NCBI GenBank assembly: GCA_013265495.1
Contig: MU058824.1
Coordinates: 3,375,111 to 3,439,110 of the forward strand
Origin: Vicugna vicugna
Taxonomy: Eukaryota
Length of the DNA stretch: 64,000 bases
Direction: 5' to 3'
Within the stretch, counting starts at the first letter, position 1. Each line of letters begins with the position of its first letter. A program made the translations under genes and the position numbers. The notes under the pieces were generated by a model, which did not search any database, was not told where the DNA came from, and was given only the letters and a program-made list of their open reading frames with translations. Below are positions 49,160 through 59,740 of the stretch, one piece after another.

Positions 49160-50300
49160 CCAGCCACTGACTGGGAGAAACTATCTGTGAAAGACATAAC
49201 TGATAAAGGACTGCTATTTAAAATATACAAAGAACTCCTAAAACTCAATGACAAAAATAAATAAATAAACCACTTGGTTAAAAAAATGGGCCAAAAATCT
49301 TAACAGACACCTCACCAAAGAGGACAAACAGATGAGAAATAGACATATGAAATAATGTTCCACATCATTTGTCATCAGGGAAATGCATATTCAAACAACA
49401 ATGAGATACCATTACACACGTTTAGAATGACTGAAATCCAAAACACTGACAACAGCAAATGCATTAGAATGACTGAAATCCAGAACACTGACACCAGCAA
49501 ATGCTGGAAAATGCTGGGAGCAACAGGAACTCTCATTCGGTGCTGGTGGGAATGCAAAATACCACTTTGGAAGACAGTTCGGCAGTTTCTCACAAAACTA
49601 AACATGCTCCTACTACAGGATCCAGCTATTGTACTCTTTGGTATTGAACCAAAGGAGCTGAAAACTTATGTCCATGTGAAAATCTGCATAGGGATGTTTA
49701 TAGCAGTTTTATTCATAATTGCCAAAACTTGGAAGTAACCAAAATGTAAATGAATAAATAAACTGTGGTACTTCCAGACAATGAAGTATTAGTCAGAACT
49801 AAAAAGTATTGAGCTAAAAAGCCATGAAAAGACATGGAGGAATCTTAAATGTGAAAGAACACAATCTGAAAAGTCTACATGATGCATGATTCCAACTATA
49901 TGCATTCTGGAAAAGGCAAAACTATGGAGACAGTAAAAGACAAGTGGTTGCAGGAGGTGGGGGTGGGCATAGGGGAATGAATAGGCAGAGCACAGAGGAT
50001 TTTTCAGGCAGTGAAGATACTCAATATGACACCATGGTGATGGTTAACATGTCATTATACATTTGTCCAAACCCATAGAATGTATACCACGAAGACTGAA
50101 CCCTAAGGATAACTATGGACTTTAGGTGATTATAACATGTCAGTGTAGGAGCATCTTTGGTTAAAAACGTACCACTCTGGTGCAGGATGTTGCTAATAAG
50201 GGAGGCTCCATGTGTGTGAGGGGGGGTATGTGAGGAATCTCTGTACCTTTCTCTTAGGTTTGCTGTGAATCTAAAACTAATCTAAAAAGATAAAGTAAAT
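49160..50300 (+). mobile_element. L1MC1-like LINE 3' fragment (sense)
   Basis: ORF 49355-49738 matches the L1 ORF2 C-terminus (CWWECK...PLWKTV...DPAIVLFGI); 3' end AATCTCTGTACCTTT...GCTGTGAATCTAAAACT. Confidence 0.85.
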
Positions 50301-51179
50301 GGTAACAAAAGCTCATGAGTTAGAATGCACACATCTTTCTTTTAAAAGCTCCTTTGCTTAGCCACAAACCAAGGGAATTAAATTTTGTAGTGCATTTAAC
50401 AGACAATGAACATCAAGCAAGGTCACAAATGCGTGTTGAAATTACAAGACAAGACACAGGACAGAAACCAGCAATCATTGGCAGCCTTGTGATGGCTGCC
50501 TGGCCTGGATACACACATCTAACATCACCCTCGCACGTGCCAGGCGGGCACCTCTCTCACTGCTCCCTCTGCTTTATATGTGGCACCATGTCTTAAAGGT
50601 GGGTCACTGCAGGGCAGGAAGAATGATGCCAGTGTGCCTTGTGCATTTCTCATGTATTTAAAAATACATGTAAGAAGGTTGTCACTGGCATCTGTTTGGC
50701 TTTTAGACCCGAGTGATATCATTTGAGAAACACTGTTCTAGTCCAATCTCTTCAACCATTTAGTCCAAACCTGTAGTTTTATAGATGGGGAAACTGAAGC
50801 CCAAAGATCCACAAGGACTCTTGAAAGTGATTTCAACAGCCAGAACTGGGTCTGAGAGTCTTGGTCTGGCCTGTTTGAATTTGCTTAGATAAGGAACTTA
50901 GGAAGATGTGCAGGTGGTGCTGCTTGTAAGGGGCCTTGGGAACACTTTGGTTCAATCTTCTCACTTAACTTTGGGTTTTTGATTAAGGGTGGGAAACACT
51001 GTTTTTCTTGACCTCAAAAATTAAGGCTCTACAGAGTTATTCACTTAAGTGTTATTAGAGAAAAGTTGTAGACAAATTAAATATGGTATTCCCATTTAAT
51101 GGTACATCTATGAAAAGTGGTACATCTATGAGAAACTCTACTGCCATCAAAAATTAAAATTAGGAGTATGTAGACTGAT

Positions 51180-51540
51180 GGCGATAATTGCTGCTCTGAT
51201 TACTGGCCTCCCTGTATTCACACCCTTAACCCTGAGCCCGGGCTGGTTTTGTGACTTGCTGTGACCTGTGGAATGCGATGGAGGGTGAGACATGTGGCCT
51301 AGTCACCCCTGTGGGCCAGGCAATAGCTGACCAGTCATAAGACATGAGAATGAGGCCATCTTAGACCCACCAGTTGACCCACCAGCTGACCACAGATGCG
51401 TAAACAACCCCATTCCACACTAGCTGAGCCTGAGATCAGTACAATTGCCCACTTGACCCACAGATTCATGAGCCACAGTAAATCTTGTTTTAAGCCATGA
51501 ATTTTGAGTTGGATTGTTATTTAGCAGCAGCTGATGGAAA
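51180..51540 (+). mobile_element. MLT1F/G-like LTR within L1M fragments
   Basis: CCTCCCTGTATTCACACCCTT...TTTAAGCCATGAATTTTGAGTTGGATTGTTAT. Confidence 0.65.
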
Positions 51541-53257
51541 AAGAGATATTATTGGGGGGGGGAAGGAGGCATGTGGATCCACACTATGCGATACGGATAT
51601 AAGATTCACAGCAGTAGCCCACACCCACTCACACTTACAGAAAATACTAGACAGACACACACCCAGTATCTCAGGGGTGACTGAAGGGAAGGATGGGAGT
51701 AATTTTATTTTTCTCTTTACTCTTTTACAAATTTCCTGTGATGGTGTTTTGTAACTTTTACAAAAATGCCTCTTTATAAAATAGGGGACAGGCTGGTCCC
51801 CACTCGGGACTCTCATGCTGGAGGTGGAAATGGGCCCAAGACCTGCTTCTTTGGAGGATGCTACCCGGTCATCCATGCCAGCACCAGAATAAGCCCCTTA
51901 TTGGGCCCGAAGACCAGCTACTGTTACGAGTTAGAAAGAATCCTTTATTCAGTTTGAACCCACAATGTGCAACCCCCCAAACCCTTTCTTTTCTGCTTCA
52001 TAGCACTGGGACACCAAGGAACTCACTTTGTTTTCTCACTTGGACTTCCTCCTGGACCACTTTGCTGGCCTGGCCATCTCCCACCCATCCTCCTCTGTGA
52101 TGACTTCCCCTCATCCATCCCAGCATATGCACTTCCCCCAAATGCAGCAGGCTCAGCTCTAGTCCTCTCCTCCGGGAAGCAGCTCTGGTCTCCCTGCTGG
52201 AAACTCTCCATTTTGAGCTTCCAGAACACGTCCCTGGGCCTCATTCAAGTCTCCTTCCAGCCATGTGGCGTTCATGCCCATATTTCATCTCTTTGTCCAA
52301 ACTTCGAGCTCACAGAGGAAGGGTCACATGACCCTGTTCATCTTGGTCTCCCTCACTCCCACCTCAGGGCTACAACAAGGCCAGGAATAAAGGAGAAATC
52401 ATGCAGAGAGAGAAATTTGGAAGTGATCCAACCCTCTTGGTTTATAAATCAGGAGAGTCGAGGTATGCCTGGTCCACATTTGGTGGCAGAGATAGAAGTC
52501 AGATTTGTATCCATTGAGCTGCATCTGGTATTCCTCCTACCAGCGCCCAGCCTCCAGCAAGGCTGTGGACCAGGCTGGGCCAGGGTGAGGCAAGCCCACG
52601 TGAACGGGGCAGTGGAAGGAGGCACTCGCTCCCCGGGCCAAGCCTGCCCTCCCGCAGCCAGGAGAGCAGAGCGAGGGCCTCCACTTCCTCACTTGCCCCC
52701 CTGGGCCCGGCCCGCTGTAGGCTGAGCCCCTGCATGAGTGTCCTGTGATGGTTGCACTGCCCTGGGTCTGGACTGGTTTCACTGCTCTGCAGTAGAAGCA
52801 CTATCGCAGCACCCTTCTCTTGGATGCTGAAAGCGCACTGAGCACGAGTACACGCGGGTTCGATGTTTGGGGCAGCTGCCTTGAGAGGGGCAACTGGAGG
52901 AGCGGTGGTCCCACCCATTCCCCACTGAAGGGCGATTTGGTTTTATTGTTGTTGATAACGATGACATAACTTCTCTCACCACACACACACTGTCCCCCTG
53001 GGTGGACTTAAAGGTGAAAATGTCTCAGGACAGGGAAATCAGGAGTCTTTGGAAATGGAGGGAGAAGAGACTTAGTCCTTTCAGAAGCTGAGGTTAGATA
53101 TTTTAAAGATTTTTGAATATCAAAGGAAATTTCAGTCTTACCTAGGAAACTGACAGAGCAGAGTAAAATTTAAAATTTAAATCTATGTTACCTCTTTAAA
53201 TGTGTAAAATGCCTTCAGAATTTCCCGGGAGGATTTGCTTATACTTCTATTTAAAGG

Positions 53258-53277
53258 TTTTTTTTTTTGTTGTTGTT

Positions 53278-53308
<31 letters not shown>
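53258..53308 (+). repeat. Poly-T/(GTT)n simple repeat
   Basis: T11, then (GTT)4, then a long T run. Confidence 0.95.
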
Positions 53309-53309
<1 letters not shown>

Positions 53310-54194
53310 GAGAAGCATTAGGGATGATTGGGTCCATTTATTGCAGGTTACAGCTGAGGAGAGTGAGAATCCCAGGTCCTGACTCCCAGGCAGGAGGAGA
53401 GAGTGGGGGAGATACCAGCTCTTGGCATTCACACCTTCATTCTACAGCTGCACTGAGTGTCTTCTCTGTGCCAGGAACCTTCTGGGCACAGGGACAGAGC
53501 CGGGACGAGCAGAGGTCCAGCCTCATGGACTTACCTGCCAGAGGACAGTTGTGAGTGAGGTGAAGGAAGTCAGGCAGGTGAGTTGGTAGAAAGGATGCAG
53601 GTGGGGGACTTCATTCCGGGTGGTCAGTGAAGGTCTCCTTGAAGAGGTGACTTTCGATCTGAGACCTGAGTGGTGAGAATGAGGAGGCTGTGAGCTGGGA
53701 AGAGAGCAGATGGAAGGCTGGTGCGGCTGGGGGATTGAGGGAGAGGAGCAGGTTTGGGGGAGAGAATCAGCTGGAAGGTGGGTGGGGTGGTCTGAGGTAA
53801 GGGATTAGGTTTCATCAATTTGCCACGGCCAGCTCATTCCCAATGCTGAGGCCCCCTCTCCCTGCAACAGGGCGGCCTGGATGCTCCCAGCCTTGGGTAA
53901 TTTCTCAAGGGAAAATGTGCTCTGTGCAGGAAGCAGTAGGGGCAGAGCCCCCAGAGAAGTGTGCGCCCAGTGGAGCCAACTGTGAGGGGCATGGGACATG
54001 GGGGAGACCTGCCCACAGCAGAGACAGCTCAGTGGGGCTGCAGGCTGTCATCAAGATTCAGCAGGGCCAACCCAGGACATAGTGGGCAGATGAGGGATGT
54101 GGCCTTGAGGGCAAACCCAGGGCCAGTGAGGAAGTCACAGGGATGCAGAGTCTAGTGTAACTTAAGACAGTTTTCTAGTCAGAGCCATTCAACA

Positions 54195-54818
54195 AAAATG
54201 GTACAGGTGCTGTGGGAAAGAGTATGGTACATCCTCAAAAACTTAAACCTAGAATTACCATATAATCCAGCAATCCCACCTCAGGGTATATAGTCCAAAG
54301 AATTGAAAGTAAGGACTTAAAGAGATATTTGCACGCCTGTGATTACAGCAGCATTATGCACAATAGCCAAAAGGTGCAAATGATCCAAGGGTCCATCAAC
54401 AGATAAATGGATAAATTAAAAAATTCAGTATATACCTACAATGGAATATTAGTCAGCCATAAAAAAGAATGAAATGCAGGCACAGGCTACAACATGATGA
54501 ACCTTGAAGGCATGCTGAGTGAAATAAGCCAGGCATAAAAAGACAAATATTGCATGATTCCACTTATATAAGATATTTACAGTAGTCAAATTAATTGAGA
54601 CAGAAAGTAGAGTGGTGGCTGCCAGGGGCTGGGGGAGGGGAGAATGAGGAGTTAGTGTTAATGGGTCTAGAGAGTCAGTTTGCAAAGGTAAAATAGTTCT
54701 GGAGATGTATAATGGTGATAGTTGTACAAAAATGGGAATGTACTTAATGCCACTAAACTGTATGCTTAAAAATGGTTAAAATGGTATATTTTATGCTATA
54801 TATATTTACCACAATTAA
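54195..54818 (+). mobile_element. L1MB-type LINE 3' fragment
   Basis: AGAATTACCATATAATCCAGCAATCCCAC...ATTTACCACAATTAA; same family and orientation as the copy at 44780. Confidence 0.85.
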
Positions 54819-57800
54819 CAACCACAAAGCTGTTCACAATAACTTGAGCTGACGTGGGGAGGGATCTGTCCGTCAGTGGAGGTGTGCAAGAGAGGCTGGA
54901 CCCTTTGTGGGTGCTGGGGAGGGAGTGCAAGGCCAAAGGAGGAGAGTGCAGGTCATCCTGGGATTTGGGTGGGGATGGAACACAGGCGGGCTGACGCCTT
55001 TTGAGCCCTTACTGTGTGGGGCCTGAGCTTAGGCTTCACATGCATTATCTCTTCCTGCCCTGGGGCCCTGAGGCAGGGTCAACATTACCCCTGTGGGACA
55101 GATGTGTGCAGCTTGGAAAGTGTCTGTTGATCACTGCTGCTCACCAAGATCCTCTTCCATGGAGGACCAGCTGCCTGGCCTCAGGGGGCTGCAGCTGCAG
55201 AGACTGGCCCAGCCCAGGGTCCCAGCCCTTCCTGGAGTGCCCACATCTGGGGACTGACCTATGTGGGGCTACTAAGGCCTCACTCTGCTCCGTGGAACTC
55301 CAGACACCTTGATATTCTTACCTTCAGGGGCCAGCCTCCTTATTGAGCCTGCCTGGCAGCTAGACTCTACCCTCTGCCCACTTCTGCTTCCTCCCCTCAC
55401 TTCCTCAGGTGTCAATCTGGGGAACCTCCTCATTGCTGAACTCCGTCAGGGTCAGCTTCAGGGACCCCACCTGCAGTGTGTTTCAAGGTCACTCAGCTGG
55501 GTAGGGGGGTGGGGCTGGGCTGGGGAAGGGTATCTGACCTCAGACAGACAGAGGGAAGCTCTGCTAACCCTCAGGAAGGCAGGTTGGAGCTTCTTGTGGG
55601 ATTGTGGTCCTCAGCACCCAGCCAGCCTAGGGCCGCGTGTGCCTCACACTTCTGTTATCCCCAGTGCCCCTCACATAATAGCAGAACCACACTGCAAATG
55701 ACACCAGCGCTAAATTCTAACAGCCAGCCTGGCCCATTAATGGCCTCTTATACATTTAAATTGGACGTGATCCCTTCGGGAACTGTAATTTTATTCATGG
55801 AGATTGTGCCGTCTAATCTGAATTCAGCAAACTGTACTTAAGAGATATGGTGGCTCTGGTGGTTTCTTCTCTCCCTCCTCCAGTCCTGTCTGGCTTTGGG
55901 GCTCCGGCTGCCTGAGGGCACACAAGGTGGCACTGCTACCTCTGCTCTTTTCTTCTCTATTGAGTAGAGAAGAGAATGTGGAGGTTGAAGTCAGTTGAAA
56001 CTGACAAGAAGTCAGACCATGGTCTGAACTCCACTCCGTGACTTGAACAAACCATGTAACCACTCTGAGCCTTGGTTTCCTCATCGGTAAGTGATCAGTA
56101 GGAGAGCTGTACACCAGCGAGTACACAGGATCCCCCAGCATGGAGCCCTCCTACCTTCCCCAAACCTGGCCATCCAACGGTAGGACTGTCTGAGCTCTGA
56201 AGAGTGCTGGCCAAGGCTGGAAAAGCAGAGGGACAGCAGGGACCGGTGTGGGGCCTGGTAAAGAGCCTGGCGCCCCCAGGCACACTGGAGCCTTTGCTCC
56301 CTGGCTCAGTCTTTACAGCTGTCCAGTAGGTTTGCCTAAACGTTCTGTGCAGCTGTCTCAACCCCCTGCTGCCTCCACCCAGCAGGGCAGCAAGGCTGCC
56401 GTCCTGCTGCTCTCAGATTCCCAGCTCATGGAGGGCTATTATCATCCCCGCTTTCAGGCCAAGTTCCCCAGTGAGGCGGCAGGGACAGGCCCCTTCTCAG
56501 AGGCGCCACCAGCATTACACTTTTGTGCTTCCCCTCCATTCCCCTTCCTCCTCCAGCCTGGGGGAACTTCAGCGAGTCTTAGGGGAGGACGGAGGAGGGA
56601 AAAGCTGGCTTTTCTGAGCAGTATCCTTTAGAGCTACTGCTGATGGTATAAAGCCTATGCCCAAAGTCCTCCGGAGCTCCAGGCTTTCTGAGTGGGTGGT
56701 GAAGTTCACACACCTAGAGCTTTGGTTTTTGAATCACAAAAACTATTGCTGGGCTTTTTTACCCCACTTGGTTTCTTCCATCACCTGCTCCTGAAGAATG
56801 AAATATGTGAAGTACTGGGCACAAAAACTGACATCAGTTTTTTGTCTGGACCTACTCAATCTTCTCTTCTTTCTACGTAAGTAACAGTACGAGGGTGGGC
56901 AGGAAGGTAGTTTTTCTTTTTCCCCCCAAGAATGGGATCATATGTATTGTCATTTTCACTTAGCAACATGAACTCTTTCCACATAAACAAATATTTATAA
57001 ACATCTTTCCATATCAGCAAATATTTATAGAATAAATAATTCATATCAGTTAATATATCAAAAACATTATCCTCTTCTCTCTCCCTGCCTCATGCAAACA
57101 CTGATCTCCTTCTTCAGGGCTGAGTGGGTTGTATAAAAATAGTCAGCCCTGCACGTGCTGTCGTGGCTTCCTCATGTTTCTCCCAAATTGTTCCCCAGGC
57201 CTCTCTGAGGTCCCCTGGGGAGGAAGTGGGGTGGGGGGGCAGGAGGCCAGTGGGGGCGGCGGGGCTGCACTGCCACCTGCACAGAGCTGGGGCTCAGCTG
57301 ATCTGCCTCAGTTTGGGGAAGAGGTTTTGGGGCTGTGTGTTTTGTTTTCTTGATGTATCTAACCAAGTTCAAGTTCAGTTAGGACTTTATGGACTTAGAG
57401 AAGAGTCTCCATGCATAGCTATAAATGTGTCTACCTTTAGATTTGTGATGAAAATGTGGTATCAGGAAGAAGGAGAAGACACTGGTGGAGATGTTTGCAG
57501 GAAATGTGTCAGTGGGGAGGAGTTTACACAGATTTGCAGCAGTAGAGAGGACTGTAAAGGGGAGTAAGGAATTCTAGTCGGATGCAGGAATATGACGTCT
57601 CCATAAAGCAATGAGAATTGCAGGCCCATGTGGCTCTACAGAGAGCTATATAAGATACACCAAATAGGGGTGAGTGAGATAATGGGCTTGAGATAACCTG
57701 CACACACTGACCTTCGGGCACAACATCAGATATCAGACGGTGTGGGGAGGATTGGGTCTGGCTGGCTGTGCTGGCTGTACAACAAAGGGAACAGCACCAT

Positions 57801-59419
57801 GGCTACTTTAAACCTGATATCAAGGCCTGGCCAGGCAGTGGTTGAGGTCGGCAGGGTGGGTGGACAGGAGAGACCACACAGGAGGACCCAAGGCATGTGT
57901 GTCCTGGGGAGGCAGGGAGGCCTTTCAGACAAAGGATGGCATGGCAAATGGCTGGCTGGAGAGGAAGTGAGTGCTCCGTTGCTACAGGTTTGGGACCTTG
58001 GGAGGTTCCCAGCTCTGTGATCTTTTGAGTTTCAGTGCTCCAACTCCTAAAGCGCCTGGCCGGGAGCTATCCGCTCCTGAACACATGAGTAGCCTTGAAC
58101 AAGCTCCTCCTGAATGAGGCTTCAGAACTCAGTCCCTGCTCCCTCTGCCTGGTGGGGATGAACCACCAAGTCAGCAGTACACAGAATACCCAGGAAGTGG
58201 GGCTTGGCTGCAGAGCAGGTTTCCTATAGAAAACTTGACTCTAAACCTAGGCAGCTCAGGGTGACTGCGACAGAATCACAGAACGTCTGAGCTGGAGCAG
58301 TCTCATACATCTAACCTCGCTGCTCCCCCATACAGAGGTCCTGAGGTCCAGAACAGAGATGACTTGCCTGGGGACATACAGCTAGTCTGGAATTCAGGTC
58401 TCCTGCCTCTGTTCTGGGCCTGTCTCTGCACCAGCTGCCTTTTCTAGCACCTGATAGTTGTCAGGAGGTGCTTCCTTTTTACTTCAAAGCAGAAAAAAGC
58501 GGCTGCAGTGCAGGGGCTCAGAGGCAGACGTGGCAAATGGTCCCACTGGGTCCACGGGGTCAGAGGTGCTCCCCGAGGGACTCGGCTGGGGGATCCCTCC
58601 ACTGCAGGGAGAGCATGCTGATAGGTCTCCCACTGTCACTGCCTCCTTGTTTCTTGGATGAGATAAACTGTTTGGCCTTTGGACAAGATTATTTTTGCAC
58701 AAAACAGGATTGTTATCACTTAATTGAAAATAATTATCCAATGCAAATTGAGTTCAGCTTGTCCAGCTGGAAATAAAGAAGTGAATATTTTGGGCAGTTT
58801 CACTGCTGCAAAGGCAGTTATTTTAAGTAAATGAAAGTAATGAGAATAGGTTGTACTCTCTGCAGGAAGCCCTAGGAAATCTCAGGGCCTTTCTTGAGTG
58901 GCCCCCATTGCTGTGAACCCTAATTCACCCCCTTTTCCAAATCAGGGCTTGTCTGAATGGGTCTGTAATGGAGGAGATACTGATGACAAAGATGGAGGTC
59001 CCTGCATACACTGAGTGTGGCAGGCATGCATGTAATCCCGCTCAGTGCTTCAGCCCCTGAGGGGCTTATCCTGACAACACAGGCCCTGGTCTCCCCTGGA
59101 AACAGAGACAAAGAAAGATTCAGGGGAAGTGAGAGGGAGCTGCTGATGTGACTCTAACGTGGGAGGTCACTTCCTGTCCTTCCACCCCTGTGCCCTCCAC
59201 CCCCGGCACTGCACCTTCACCACCCGGAAACCTGAGCCCAAACCCCGAGCCCTCCGAGAATCTCCGTCAGTCTCACCCACACACCCAGCTGACCACTAAC
59301 TCCATCTGCTCTCCTCAGTGCTCCTCGGCTTGGTCACTCCTCGCGTCTCACTGTATCAGCTACCGGCTGCCACGGCGATGCTGCCTAACAAGCAGCTTAC
59401 AGCAGCAGGCAGTGCTTCC

Positions 59420-59740
59420 TCGTGGCTCTGCAGCCTGGCTGGCCTCAGCTGGGCTGGCTTGTGAGTCTGCAAGTAGGAAGAGTGGCTCTGCTCCACACGT
59501 CTCTCGTCCTCCAGGGTCAGCGGGCTACCTGGCACATCCTCTTCCTGGTGATGGCAGAGATACAGCAGGGCAAGCAGAAACATGTGAGGCTTCTTAAGGT
59601 CAAGTCTCAGAATTGGTATCCAGTCACTTCTGCCCCATTCCATTGACCAAAGTAAGTCACAAGACCAAGCCCAAAGGCCAGGCCTAGGTGAGTACACTCT
59701 CTCATGAGGAGGCTGTGGCCAGCATGTGGACGTGGGAGGG
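59420..59740 (-). mobile_element. MLT1I/J-like LTR
   Basis: GTCACTTCTGCCCCATTCCATTGACCAAAGTAAGTCACAAG. Confidence 0.65.

Noticed and set aside
51100..51131. Short direct repeats (TGGTACATCTATGA x2; similar ones at ~3192, ~26836, ~61803)
   Set aside because: Two- or three-copy slippage products; not an array and not CRISPR-like.
51967..52725. 252-aa plus-strand ORF
   Set aside because: Non-ATG start, no recognisable homology or coding-like composition; likely chance.
53258..53308. Poly-T tract as the tail of a retrocopy
   Set aside because: No TSD and no adjacent recognisable mRNA or SINE body.
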